Part shown: positions 1 through 9,790 of the stretch, piece by piece
Position numbering within the stretch: the first letter of the stretch is position 1
Layout of the letters: every line of letters starts with the position of its first letter
From: Flavobacteriales bacterium
GTDB lineage: Bacteria > Bacteroidota > Bacteroidia > Flavobacteriales_F > PHOS-HE28
NCBI GenBank assembly: GCA_019912395.1
Contig: JAIOIH010000085.1
Coordinates: 1,353-65,352 of the forward strand
Length of the DNA: 64,000 nt
Direction: 5' to 3'
Notes under the pieces: generated by a model
Told to the model about the DNA's origin: nothing
Database searches by the model: none
The model's input: only the letters and a program-made list of their open reading frames with translations
Position numbers and translations under genes: made by a program

Positions 1-618
1 GATATATATTGAGCATAGAGCTTTGTAATCCAGTTGCTACCAATACCCCATCCACGTACAGCGATGGGATATGTTGCGCATAAACTAACACGAAATGATG
101 CCAACCAATCAGAGATGCGGAATAGACTAATGGTGATGCCGTATAATTATGTGCATGCTCTATAACCTGCACTTGGTTATTCCCAACATTAATCCCTACC
201 CCTGCAGTATTGCTTCCCCAATTATTGCCGTGCGGGGCGTGGATTACTGCCATTGCTCCCAGTTCCTCATTCCCAGTAATGCCTTGTTGCATTATCAAAT
301 CAGCTTGAGCCGGGTTTGCCCAAAATGAAATTGTAAAATTGTTAGGTGATTCGGTGACAACGTGTTGAGTCCTTATATATGAACCATCTACATCTTGGTG
401 AATTGCAGAAGCGGGTGTCCCGTATCGGTCTGTTGTAAAGATAGCCCCCCCGTGGAGTGTTCCATTATTTGCATCAGCACTTTCATCGTTGGCATTGCCG
501 CTAAACGGGTACCACCCAACGAGTCCATCAGTTGGGACATAGCTTGGGATTACTTGTGCACTAACGCGAGTGTTAATAGTAACGAAAATGCCAGCGGCGA
601 GAATCAATCTGCTCTTCA
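1..618 (-). CDS. Secreted LamG/concanavalin-A-like lectin domain protein, 5' partial (C-terminus beyond the window start); lies in an AT-rich segment
   Basis: Manual reverse-strand translation gives MKSRLILAAGIFVTINTRVSAQVIPSYVPTDGLVGWYPFSGNANDESADANNGTLHGGAIF...FTISFWANP...WHHFVLVYA. This has a signal peptide plus the classic LamG motifs (W-Y-PF-GN, WHH-V-VY). Missing from the ORF track because it runs off the window edge. GC is about 42% against about 62% background. Confidence 0.5.
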
Positions 619-888
619 TCACAAAACTGATTTTGAAAGAAGCACCCGTGCTTCCAAGGTTAGGCTTGTTGGCAATAATATGACAATTTTTGCTTTCATG
701 TGAGAACTATGAGAAATTCATTTTGCTCAGGTTCTTGTCCTTCCCAGTCGTTGATCTGCACATGGCCGCGCTTGCAGGCCTCCACGGCCACGCTGCGAGT
801 CTTGCACAGGCGCACGCACCAGAGGAATTTGTCCAAGCGCATGGGGCGAAGTTGGGGCCTGCATTGCAAACCCGGTTCCATCTGCGGG

Positions 889-1670
889 GGCATCCGGTTG
901 TCCGTTGTCGGTTGTCAGGCGTAGTGCCTTCACGGCCATGCGGATCCGGACCACTCACCACAAGTCCGTGCGCCCTATGCCCTACGAACTACGAACTACT
1001 CCCTAAGGGTCTCGCCACACAGCATCCGTGTTCATCAGTGTCCGTCCGTGGTGAAAGAAAAAAGGAGGCCTCGCGGCCTCCTTCATGGCGCTCGGCTGTG
1101 CCGAGTGCCTTTTCTTCGGCGGTCTCTGGCCGAATTCCACTGGCCTGCGCATACATCATTCAGATACAGGCTTCAAGTTGCTGGAACCCGCCGGAGGCGG
1201 ATCAAGAGCCGGGCACTCGGCAGATTGTTGGAATTACTGCTAAAGCCGAGCGCCGGGATCGGGGCGCCCGATGCCCTACGAACTATTCCCCACCCCTGCC
1301 TCACGGCGCTCGGCTGTGCCGAGTGCCTTTTCTTCGGCGGTCTCTGGCCGAATTCCACTTGCCTGCGCATCCATCATTCAGATACATGCTTCACGTTGCT
1401 GGAACCCGCCGGAGGCGGATCAAGGGCCGGGCACTCGGCAGATTATTGGAATTACTGCTAAAGCCGAGCGCCGGGATCGGGTGCTTCTTTTGTTCGTGAT
1501 CCAATTTGAGTGGAAGTCCTGTTGTCCGTTTTCGGTTGTCAGGCGTAGTGCATTCACGGCCATGCGGATCCGGATCACTCACCACGAGTCCGTTTGCCCT
1601 ATGCCCTACGAACTACGCCCTAAGGACGAATGCTCACAAAGAAAAAAGGAGGCCTTTCGACCTCCCTTCC
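889..1670. repeat. Degenerate tandem duplication, about 400-bp unit: X1 889-1085, Y1 1085-1268, X-fragment 1269-1290, Y2 1296-1495, X2 1518-1670. The X part contains a terminator-like hairpin.
   Basis: Direct repeats about 90% identical are visible by eye, for example ggccatgcggatccggaNcactcaccac and gctcggctgtgccgagtgccttttcttcggcggtctctggccgaattccac. ORFs 690..1499 and 1048..1461 read through them. Confidence 0.6.
1634..1666 (-). terminator. Rho-independent terminator downstream of tRNA-Arg: hairpin GGGAGGTCGAAAGGCCTCC followed by TTTTTTCTTT on the minus strand
   Basis: GC hairpin followed by a T-run on the minus strand. A near copy occurs inside repeat X1 at about 1050-1085. Confidence 0.4.
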
Positions 1671-1676
1671 CTCAGT

Positions 1677-1749
1677 GACCCCGGGAGGATTCGAACCTCC
1701 AACCGGCAGAACCGGAATCTGCTATTCTATCCAATTGAACTACGGGGCC
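1677..1749 (-). tRNA. tRNA-Arg (anticodon CCG)
   Basis: Reverse complement GGCCCCGTAGTTCAATTGGATAGAATAGCAGATTCCGGTTCTGCCGGTTGGAGGTTCGAATCCTCCCGGGGTCA folds as a cloverleaf with anticodon loop TTCCGGT and T-loop TTCGAAT. Confidence 0.85.
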
Positions 1750-1792
1750 TAGATGTCCGCTCCTTTTGCCCGGAGCGGGCGCGAAGGTAATG

Positions 1793-2710
1793 CTATCGTT
1801 CGGCTCTGCTATGCGCCCGCATCAGCATGGTGACATCCTGCACGTTCTCCGCCTTGGTCCAGGTGGTGCTTAGCTGGTGTTCGTCCATATTCAATTGCTC
1901 GGCGGCGGAGGCCCTCAACGCGGCTTGGGAAGCGGCATCGGGGAAGAGGCTGTCCAAGGGCATCGCCGGGCGCACATCCTCCGCGCGGAGCGGATGGCCT
2001 TGTGCCGTGGCCACCTCGGCCAGCCACCGCGCCGTGCGGCCGAACGCACCCTGCAAGCGCACCGGGGGCCCTTCGCGCACGTATGCGGCACCGCGTGCGT
2101 TGCCCGCAAGCACGCGCACCAAGCGGCCTTGTTCCTGCGCGAAGGCGAAGCTGTATTTTCCATCGTATTCCACGAAGATCAGTTGGCCGTCCTTGTTGAT
2201 GCCCCAATGGCCATCCACCTCCGTGTGCATGGTGTTGGAGCTGGTGAACGAGGTGGCATCGCCGTTGGGTAGGAGGAGGAGCCTCGTGGTGCGCGCATCG
2301 GCGTGCTGGGCCGGGTCCGCTACATAGTTGCCGGCCATGCGCCGGTCCGGCACCGGCGGGCAGGTAACGGCCACATCCATGTGCATGTAGCGCTCGGCGA
2401 TCAGCAGGCTGTCCGGCCCGCCAGCGGGGTCCGGCGCGTAATGCCCGCTGAGCCAGGTCTTGATCCATTGGCCGGGTACGGTGTTGAGGTAGGTGTAGCG
2501 ATGTGCGATGCTGTCCAGTCCCGGACCCGTGAGCCGGAAAACAGCCAAGCTGCCGCACGGACCGAAGGCCGTATCGCCGGACAGGATGCGCACTTCACCC
2601 TGGAAGTTCGTACCGGCCGGATCGGAAGCAGGCTGCTCCGTGGCAACGGGCCCATGGCAGCCGTACACAAGGACGGCTGCCATGGTCAAGATCAGTGGCA
2701 ATGGGCGCAT
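1793..2710 (-). CDS. Hypothetical lipoprotein (start moved to MRPLPLILTMAAVLVYGC, a lipobox)
   Basis: ORF 1793..2785 has an internal ATG with a signal peptide and lipobox. No family recognised. Confidence 0.5.
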   Translation of the reverse strand: MRPLPLILTMAAVLVYGCHGPVATEQPASDPAGTNFQGEVRILSGDTAFGPCGSLAVFRLTGPGLDSIAHRYTYLNTVPGQWIKTWLSGHYAPDPAGGPDSLLIAERYMHMDVAVTCPPVPDRRMAGNYVADPAQHADARTTRLLLLPNGDATSFTSSNTMHTEVDGHWGINKDGQLIFVEYDGKYSFAFAQEQGRLVRVLAGNARGAAYVREGPPVRLQGAFGRTARWLAEVATAQGHPLRAEDVRPAMPLDSLFPDAASQAALRASAAEQLNMDEHQLSTTWTKAENVQDVTMLMRAHSRAER

Positions 2711-2839
2711 GGGGGCGAAAGTACCGGAAAGGAGAAGCGGGAGCGGGAAAGGCAATGGGGGATCTACCGATTTTTTCAGGAGCACAACCTGAGAACACGT
2801 ACCTTTGCCCGCTTTTTCAATGACCTCTCCCTGATCCCC

Positions 2840-4651
2840 ATGAAGGAATTACGCAACATCGCCATTATCGCCCACGTGGACCACGGCAAGACCACCCTGG
2901 TGGACAAGATCCTCCATCAATGCCAGCTGTTCCGCGTGAACGAAGAGGTGAAGGACCTGTTGCTGGACAGCAATGATCTCGAGCGCGAGCGGGGCATCAC
3001 CATCCTGAGCAAGAACGTAAGCGTGCATTACAAGGGCGCCAAGATCAACATCATCGACACCCCCGGCCACAGCGACTTTGGCGGTGAGGTGGAACGCGTG
3101 CTGAACATGGCCGATGGTGTGGTGCTGCTGGTGGATGCCTTTGAAGGCCCCATGCCCCAGACGCGCTTCGTGCTGGGCAAGGCCATCGAACTGGGGTTGA
3201 AGCCGGTGGTGCTGATCAACAAAGTGGACAAGCCGAACTGTACGCCCGAGGAAGTACACGAGGCCGTGTTCGACCTGATGTTCTCCCTGGGCGCGAGCGA
3301 GGAGCAGCTGGATTTTCCCGTGGTCTACGGATCGGGGAAGGGCGGCTGGATGGGACCGGATTGGAAGACACCGACCACGGACGTGAGCCACCTGCTGGAC
3401 GTGGTGCTGGAACATGTGCCTGCGCCGAAGAAGGTGGAGGGAACGCTGCAGATGCGCATCACCTCGCTCGATTACAGCTCCTTCCAGGGGCGTATTGCCG
3501 TGGGGCGTATTTCCCGCGGCAGCATCCGGCCCGGCCAGCAGGTGGTGCTGGTAAAAAACCAGGGCGGAACGGTGAAGGGGCAGGTGAAGGAGCTGATGGT
3601 ATTTGAGGGCCTGGGCAAGGTGAAAGTGAAAACCGAGGTTGGCTGTGGCGAGATCGTCGCACTGATGGGCTTGGAGAATTTCGATATCGGCGACACCGTC
3701 GCGGATGCGGAGAATCCCGAGGGCTTGGCGAAGTTCAAGGTGGACGAGCCCACCATGAGCATGCTCTTCACCATCAACAACTCCCCGTTCTTCGGCAAGG
3801 AAGGCCAGTTCGTCACGAGCCGGCACATTCGCGACCGCATCTACAAGGAGATCGAGAAGAACCTGGCCATGCGCGTGCAGGAGACCGATTCTCCCGATAA
3901 GCTCCTGGTGTTCGGCCGGGGCATTTTGCACTTGAGCATCCTGGTGGAGACGATGCGCCGCGAGGGCTACGAGTTCCAGCTGGGCCAGCCCCAGGTCCTG
4001 TACAAGGATGTGGACGGTGTCCGCTGCGAGCCCATCGAGCTGCTCACCGTGCAGGTTCCGGAACAGTTCAGCAGCAAGGTGATCGACAATGTGACCCGCC
4101 GCAAGGGCGAGATCGTCAACATCGAGCAGAAGACCGATCGCGCGGTCCTCGAGTTCTCCATTCCGGCCCGCGGCATCATCGGCCTGCGCAATACCTTGCT
4201 CACCGCCACGGAAGGGGAGGCCATCATCGCTCACCGCTTCAAGGGCTACGAGCCGTACAAGGGTGAGCTGGGCGTGCGTCGCGCAGCGAGCATCATCAGC
4301 CAGGAGACCGGTACCGCCATTGCCTACGCCATGGACAAGCTCCAGGACCGCGGTCGCTTCTTCGTGGATCCCAACGAGGAGGTGTACGGCGGCCAGGTGA
4401 TCGGCGAGAATCCCAAGACGGACGACCTGGTGGTGAACGTGAACAAGACCAAGAAGCTCACCAATATGCGTGCTTCGGGTACCGATGACAAGTCATCGTT
4501 GGCACCGGCCACCAAATTCTCCCTGGAAGAAGCCATGGAGTACATCAAGGAGGACGAGTACTTGGAGGTGACCCCGAAGAGCCTGCGTATCCGCAAGATC
4601 CTCCTGGACGAGAACGACCGGAAGAAGGCCAAGAAGCCGCAGAACGTGTAG
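2840..4651 (+). CDS. typA: Translational GTPase TypA/BipA
   Basis: [25 protein letters not shown]...[16 protein letters not shown]...; 603 aa. Start trimmed from ORF 2303..4651. Confidence 0.92.
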   Translation: MKELRNIAIIAHVDHGKTTLVDKILHQCQLFRVNEEVKDLLLDSNDLERERGITILSKNVSVHYKGAKINIIDTPGHSDFGGEVERVLNMADGVVLLVDAFEGPMPQTRFVLGKAIELGLKPVVLINKVDKPNCTPEEVHEAVFDLMFSLGASEEQLDFPVVYGSGKGGWMGPDWKTPTTDVSHLLDVVLEHVPAPKKVEGTLQMRITSLDYSSFQGRIAVGRISRGSIRPGQQVVLVKNQGGTVKGQVKELMVFEGLGKVKVKTEVGCGEIVALMGLENFDIGDTVADAENPEGLAKFKVDEPTMSMLFTINNSPFFGKEGQFVTSRHIRDRIYKEIEKNLAMRVQETDSPDKLLVFGRGILHLSILVETMRREGYEFQLGQPQVLYKDVDGVRCEPIELLTVQVPEQFSSKVIDNVTRRKGEIVNIEQKTDRAVLEFSIPARGIIGLRNTLLTATEGEAIIAHRFKGYEPYKGELGVRRAASIISQETGTAIAYAMDKLQDRGRFFVDPNEEVYGGQVIGENPKTDDLVVNVNKTKKLTNMRASGTDDKSSLAPATKFSLEEAMEYIKEDEYLEVTPKSLRIRKILLDENDRKKAKKPQNV

Positions 4652-4661
4652 GAGGTGTTCT

Positions 4662-4709
4662 GTCCTATGCCCATGTCCTATGCTCAAGCACAGGACATGG
4701 GCATAGGAT
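4662..4709. repeat. Composite hairpin element, family 1 (GTCCTATG units): TCCTATGCCCATGTCCT / loop / AGGACATGGGCATAGGA. Lies between the convergent typA and ThuA-like genes.
   Basis: Inverted repeat seen directly. Related copies at 34933-34999 and 51983-52045. Confidence 0.6.
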
Positions 4710-4763
4710 AAGTCCGTACCTCCGGAACGTGCTCACCCCGGATCGGGGCGGCTTGGAGCGAAA

Positions 4764-5858
4764 TCACTCGCCCAGGACCAGCAGCCGCGTGCGGAAGCTG
4801 TCGCCTAGGAGGACCGTGTAACATCCCGGCGAGATGCCGTTCAGGTCGAGCGTAAAGGGCAAGCTGCCCGTTCGGCCCGTCAGCACGATCCTGCCGGAGG
4901 CATCGATCAGCTGCACCGGCATTTGAATTCCAGTACTGACCCCGGTGATCGTAACGGACCTCGTCGCCGGGTTGGGGAAGAGATCGATGGACTGCACGCC
5001 GGTGATGTTGCCGATGCCGCTCGTGCCGTTCAACAGCCATTGCAGGGCATCCCGCAGGTGGGTGCGGAACAGCGCATCGCCCAAGTAGTCGGTCTGCGCA
5101 TGCCCCAAGGCCGTATAGAACACCCGTGATCCGCTGGGCAGTGCCCGGTACCAGCTCATGGGCCGCGGGGCATCGTAGGAGTTCACCATGCCATTGGGGC
5201 CGATGGTCTCCTCCACTTCCAGCACCACGGTGTTTTCGGTGCCGTAGTACCCGTTCTCCCAGTAGTAGTACTCCTCGTTCTTCTGCCAGGGGTCAGGTAG
5301 CTCCGCGGTTGAGGGGTGCTGCCCGATCTTCCAGATGGCATGGCTCGGCGTGCCCGCGACATGGTTGGGGGCTTCCTGCACACTGGCTCCGAGCAGCTCC
5401 GGGTAATAGTCCCACGTACCGGTGAGGTTGCCGTTCGCGCTGCTGTGGCGGTAGGTGTCGCTGGCCGCATGGATGCCCAGGACATGGCCGCCAGCGGAGA
5501 CCCACAGTTCAAAATTGGCGCGCTGGCCGGCATCAAGAATTGCGTTGCCGCTGGTGTTGCTGAAAATGACCACATCATACGCGGCCAAGGTGGCGGGGTC
5601 ACTGAACGGATCCCCGGTCGCATCATCATCCACTGCGATGCCGAGTTCGTCCGCGATGGAGGTGAACATGGCGTAGGATGCCGACCGCGTGTTGTGATCG
5701 TAGCCGGAGGTACGGGTAAAGTGCAATGCCCGAATCTGTGCCTGCGCGCCGAACGGGAGTGCCAATACGAAGAGGACCAAACCGATGCTCCGCGCGATGT
5801 TGATCGCCGGGAAACGGGATGGGGCTGCGGTGCATGCCATTGGTGCAGGTTCGTTCAT
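4764..5858 (-). CDS. ThuA-like protein (type-1 glutamine amidotransferase-like fold, trehalose-utilisation family) with a signal peptide and a T9SS C-terminal sorting domain
   Basis: Resembles the ThuA family in the middle region. C-terminus ...ISPGCYTVLLGDSFRTRLLVLGE is typical of a T9SS CTD. Start chosen at MNEPAP. Confidence 0.55.
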   Translation of the reverse strand: MNEPAPMACTAAPSRFPAINIARSIGLVLFVLALPFGAQAQIRALHFTRTSGYDHNTRSASYAMFTSIADELGIAVDDDATGDPFSDPATLAAYDVVIFSNTSGNAILDAGQRANFELWVSAGGHVLGIHAASDTYRHSSANGNLTGTWDYYPELLGASVQEAPNHVAGTPSHAIWKIGQHPSTAELPDPWQKNEEYYYWENGYYGTENTVVLEVEETIGPNGMVNSYDAPRPMSWYRALPSGSRVFYTALGHAQTDYLGDALFRTHLRDALQWLLNGTSGIGNITGVQSIDLFPNPATRSVTITGVSTGIQMPVQLIDASGRIVLTGRTGSLPFTLDLNGISPGCYTVLLGDSFRTRLLVLGE

Positions 5859-5978
5859 GGGATTCCGGTTTTGCCGATCGGGTGCGAATGTTCCTTGAGG
5901 CATAGGACCCCAACCTCGAAGGTACGACACCGCACCGGGGCGGATCTTCCGTTCCGGTAGAACCGGCTTACCGGCCCC

Positions 5979-7097
5979 TTATTCCAGTACGGGCAGGGCT
6001 TCCTCCACCGGCTCCTTCACTTTCCTGCGGAACCAACGGACACCCTTGTCCATGAATCCGATGTGCATGTCGAAGCGCTTGACGAAGTTGAGGCGGATGC
6101 TGCCCACGCTCCAATAGAAGCTGTTCCGGTCCTCCAGCAGGTAACCGATATTCTCCTGATTGAAGGAGATGCCGAAATAGTACCGGGCACTGTTGTAGCC
6201 GGCACCGGCGCGAAACTGCCCATGCCAGCCCGCTCCCGCACTGGTCTTCAATTCTTCCTCCCCGCTCGAGGCGGAACTCACGGCTCGTTGGAGGCTGATC
6301 CCCCCGCCCAGAACGACCGAGCCCGTGAAGAAGACGTGCTCCTTGATGACCAGCGTATAGGCATAACCCGCGCTTGGACCAAGGTCCAGGAAGCCACCGC
6401 GGCGCAATTGCAGGCCGGGATCGAAAAGGTCGGCATATTGCACCGGCACCAAGGATGAATCCGACTTCAGGTGGAAGTAGGTAAGGTAACCGCCTGCCAA
6501 AAAGGAGCCTTGGCTCCTGCGCTGCCATGCGTCCTGGTTGAAGGCTGCGCGATAGCTGAAGCGGTCGTTGTTGAATATGTGGACGGTACTAAGGCCCAGG
6601 TTGTATTGCACGAGGTCCGGGCGCGTGGGCAGTTCGGTGTCCTGATGCCAGCCCAATTCCGGCTGGGTGTGTGAGCTCAGGTAGTAGCCTTTGTAGCGCT
6701 GCAGGAAGAGGTTGGTGGCCCAACGCTTGGCGAGGATGTTCGCCTGGGCATCGAAATAGTGCGTTTTGCCACGCTTGTCCTCGTCCTTGTTCAGGCCCGG
6801 GATGCCCACGCCGATGTTGAGGGAGAGCGCACGGTAGCTGGCGCCCACGCCGAAGTTGACCTTGTTGTTCGGCCGGTAGATGAGGGCCTTGGTTCCCTTC
6901 GTTCCACCGAGCTGCAGCTTGTTGTACTTGGTGCTGAAGTAGAGGCGGCCCGTAAGGATGTGTGAATAATCCTTCACGTAGGTGGTGTCGAACGTATCAG
7001 GCTCCTTCCCGGATCGGGCGTGTACGGCTTGACCGGCCCACGCCAAGAGCAGCAACCATGAAGCGGAGGATCGGTAAAGCAGGCGAGCCAATGGCAT
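5979..7097 (-). CDS. DUF4421-like putative outer-membrane protein
   Basis: Signal peptide MPLARLLYRSSASWLLLLAWAGQAVHA. Y/G-rich, beta-strand-like composition. Start trimmed from ORF 5979..7208. Confidence 0.5.
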   Translation of the reverse strand: MPLARLLYRSSASWLLLLAWAGQAVHARSGKEPDTFDTTYVKDYSHILTGRLYFSTKYNKLQLGGTKGTKALIYRPNNKVNFGVGASYRALSLNIGVGIPGLNKDEDKRGKTHYFDAQANILAKRWATNLFLQRYKGYYLSSHTQPELGWHQDTELPTRPDLVQYNLGLSTVHIFNNDRFSYRAAFNQDAWQRRSQGSFLAGGYLTYFHLKSDSSLVPVQYADLFDPGLQLRRGGFLDLGPSAGYAYTLVIKEHVFFTGSVVLGGGISLQRAVSSASSGEEELKTSAGAGWHGQFRAGAGYNSARYYFGISFNQENIGYLLEDRNSFYWSVGSIRLNFVKRFDMHIGFMDKGVRWFRRKVKEPVEEALPVLE

Positions 7098-7219
7098 AGG
7101 GTACAAAGGTCGCCCAACCCCGTCCATGTGCGAGGGGGAGCTGTGCGACCGAGGTGAACCGATGGCCCAGCCAGGTGTACGGAAGCACGAACATCCCACT
7201 AACCCCAAGCACGTTCAGC

Positions 7220-8545
7220 ATGAAAACGCCCATCCTTCTCGCCATGGCCTCCGGATCCGCGCTCTTCGGCGCACTGGCCCTGTTCTCTTTCAGCAAATCC
7301 CCTGCGATCGGCAGCACGGATCACCAGCCCAAGGACCATCCCAAAGGCTGCGTGTTCAAGACCGTGTATGAAGGGGAGGGGCTGGATTCCGCCTTCGTAC
7401 TAAAAACGTCCGCCGAGGTGCTTACCTCGGAGAACCGCGCCTATGACTGGTTGATCACCGCCCAGAACAACGATGGAGGATTTGCTGCGGGCAGCCATGC
7501 GCGCCAGGATGTGATGGACCCGCATGCCGCGGCCAGTGACCCGGCCACCACCGCCATGGTGAGCATGGCCCTATTGAGGGCCGGGAGCACCGTGAAGGAC
7601 GGCCGCTTTGCGACCGTGCTGGCGCGTTCCACCGAATTCCTGCTCAAGTCCGTTGAGAACGCACCGCAGGATGCGCTCAACATCACCCCGCTCACCGGTA
7701 CCCAGATCCAAGTGAAGCTCGGCCAGAACATCGATGTGGCCCTCACCGCGCAATACCTCAGCAACCTCATGGGCCGCATGCCGTGCAACGATCCCAAGCA
7801 CGACCGCTGGTTGAACGCATTGAACAAATGCACCGCCAAGATCCAACGGTCGCAGACCGCGAACGGCAGCGTGCAAGGCAGTGGCTGGGCCGGGGTGCTG
7901 CAATCCAGTTTTGCCACCAACGCCCTGGAGAGCGCCGAGCACGTGGGCGCGGACGTGGACGAGAAGGCGCTGGAGAAGGCACGCGAGTTCCAAAAGGGGA
8001 ATTTCGACGCCAACACCGGCACGGTGGCCACGGAAGCCGCAGCGGGAGTGACGCTCTATGCGGTAAGCGGGAGCACACGGAGCAGCGCCAAGGAAGCGCG
8101 GCAAGCGGAAGAGCTGATGGACCGTGCCAAACGCGAAGGCAAGGTGGACAAGGACGCTCCAGTTAGTTCGGATGCATTGCAGGAGGCCGGCATGAGCCGT
8201 GATGAGGCCGAAAAGGCCACCACCGCATACAATGTCTACAATGCCGCCAAGGTGCGTGCGCAGTCCAATGAGGTGCTCAACGGTTTTGGCAACAACGGCG
8301 GCGAGGAGTTCTTGAGCTTTTTGCAGACGGGCGAGTCGCTCATCATCAACAAGGACCAAAGCTGGCGGAAATGGTACGATTCCACCACGGCCCGGTTGGT
8401 GGGCATCCAGAACAACGATGGAAGTTGGAACGGGCACCACTGCATCACCAGCCCGGTGTTCTGCACGGCCACGGCATTGCTCATCCTCAGCGTGAACAAT
8501 GATATTGAAGCGCTGGTGGCGCAGGGCGCGTCGGTTCGGAAGTAG
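7220..8545 (+). CDS. Secreted protein containing prenyltransferase / squalene-cyclase-like repeats (terpenoid cyclase alpha-alpha toroid fold)
   Basis: Signal peptide MKTPILLAMASGSALFGALALFS. Repeated xQNxDGGF/W motifs (WLITAQNNDGGF, GIQNNDGSWNG). Confidence 0.5.
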   Translation: MKTPILLAMASGSALFGALALFSFSKSPAIGSTDHQPKDHPKGCVFKTVYEGEGLDSAFVLKTSAEVLTSENRAYDWLITAQNNDGGFAAGSHARQDVMDPHAAASDPATTAMVSMALLRAGSTVKDGRFATVLARSTEFLLKSVENAPQDALNITPLTGTQIQVKLGQNIDVALTAQYLSNLMGRMPCNDPKHDRWLNALNKCTAKIQRSQTANGSVQGSGWAGVLQSSFATNALESAEHVGADVDEKALEKAREFQKGNFDANTGTVATEAAAGVTLYAVSGSTRSSAKEARQAEELMDRAKREGKVDKDAPVSSDALQEAGMSRDEAEKATTAYNVYNAAKVRAQSNEVLNGFGNNGGEEFLSFLQTGESLIINKDQSWRKWYDSTTARLVGIQNNDGSWNGHHCITSPVFCTATALLILSVNNDIEALVAQGASVRK

Positions 8546-8559
8546 CACAGTGAACGCCG

Positions 8560-8596
8560 GAAAAGGGTGCTGACCGCGTGGTCGGCGCCCTTTTCA
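8560..8596. terminator. Bidirectional hairpin terminator between convergent genes (GAAAAGGGTGCTGACC gcgtg GGTCGGCGCCCTTTTC)
   Basis: A 16-bp GC-rich stem, with A-run and T-run flanks on the two strands. Confidence 0.55.
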
Positions 8597-8613
8597 TTTC
8601 GATCGGAACACGA

Positions 8614-9213
8614 TCAACGCGTGATCACCAGGCGTTCCGTAGCGACCGCTCTTCCTTTTTCATCACGCACGACGACGCTGTAGTTGCCTGTGCCGAGGGA
8701 AGCGACGTCCACTACCCCATCGCTGGCAGGTACGGCCTCCAGGACCCGTTTACCGGCGGCGTCCAAAACCTCAACGCGCCGGCCCGTTACGAAGCCGGAC
8801 AAGACCACGCGGGAATTTGCCGGATTCGGGGTCAGCAGCGGGGGCGTATTGCCGACCTGCTCATGGACACCGGTATTATCGGTGGCTACGATGAACTGCC
8901 CCTTCATGCCCGAGTTGGCATGAGGTGAGCAGACATAGTAATAGGTGCCGGGCACGTTCAGGGCGAAGGTGAATTCACCCGAGGGGTAATTGAAACCGCC
9001 ATTGGGAGTGTTCTCATTGTCCAACCAGGTCAACTCATCCACTTGTGTGCAGGTATGTGGATTCGACAGTACCAGATGGATGCTGTCCCCTGCGATCATA
9101 TTGATCACCGGTGGGTCGAACGTGTTGCCAATGTTGGTCAGCTCGTGGGTGGTTTGCGCTGTAGTGGCAGTGGCAAAGGCCAATGCGGCCAGGGTCGAGT
9201 GGAAATACTTCAT
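8614..9213 (-). CDS. Type-1 blue-copper (plastocyanin/pseudoazurin-like cupredoxin) protein with a T9SS C-terminal domain
   Basis: Copper-ligand motif YYYVCSPHANSGMKGQ (C-x2-H-x4-M) plus an upstream His. Signal peptide MKYFHSTLAALAFATATTAQ. C-terminal beta-rich CTD. Confidence 0.7.
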   Translation of the reverse strand: MKYFHSTLAALAFATATTAQTTHELTNIGNTFDPPVINMIAGDSIHLVLSNPHTCTQVDELTWLDNENTPNGGFNYPSGEFTFALNVPGTYYYVCSPHANSGMKGQFIVATDNTGVHEQVGNTPPLLTPNPANSRVVLSGFVTGRRVEVLDAAGKRVLEAVPASDGVVDVASLGTGNYSVVVRDEKGRAVATERLVITR

Positions 9214-9373
9214 GGACTTCGGGTTTGAGTTTCGGACAGGATGATGACGCGCTTGAAAGGGGATCGGTTTACCGGGTACCTCCCTGCCGTGCGACCCCGA
9301 AGCCGTCTTGGCCCGCCCCCTCGTACGTGGCTGGCGGCATATTTTTTGGAGTGTACCGCGCATACCGATCACC

Positions 9374-9757
9374 ATGAAACGTGCTGCCATTCTTCTTTAT
9401 GCGGGCCTGATGGTAGCCGGCCCAAGCGTGAATGCCCAGGACACCGTGAGGTCCACCGTGGAGGCACCGCCGCATTGGACGGTCCTTTCCGACAGCATTG
9501 GGCAGGTCATCGGGCTGCGCGAGGACCAGGAACAGGGATGGAGCGAGCGCAATGAACGCTGGAACAGCAAGTACGAAGCGCTTGGCAAGGAGCCGGAAAG
9601 CCACCCCACCTACATCAAGCTGCACAGCGCCCGGGAGTTCGACCTGAAAGGCTTCCTTACCGGAGGGCAGTACGATAAGTGGAAGGAGCTGAACAAGCGC
9701 TCGCCACGTATCGAGGACAATAATCCGCCGGGTACCAATATGCCGCCGGACCGCTGA
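9374..9757 (+). CDS. Hypothetical secreted protein
   Basis: Signal peptide MKRAAILLYAGLMVAGPSVNAQ. No family recognised. Confidence 0.45.
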   Translation: MKRAAILLYAGLMVAGPSVNAQDTVRSTVEAPPHWTVLSDSIGQVIGLREDQEQGWSERNERWNSKYEALGKEPESHPTYIKLHSAREFDLKGFLTGGQYDKWKELNKRSPRIEDNNPPGTNMPPDR

Positions 9758-9790
9758 ACGTGGAGGGAATTCCACAAGGGGTGTTCCCGG

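Noticed and set aside
690-1499. 269-aa plus-strand ORF (and 1048..1461, 1271..1678) spanning the tandem repeats
   Set aside because: The repeat units are about 90% identical at DNA level and contain terminator hairpins. The translated product is Arg/Pro/Ser-rich nonsense and is repeated because the DNA is repeated.
2849-4234. 461-aa ORF antisense to typA
   Set aside because: It lies entirely opposite a highly conserved GTPase gene. High-GC antisense frames are commonly open, and the product has a low-complexity Ala/Gly/His/Leu composition.
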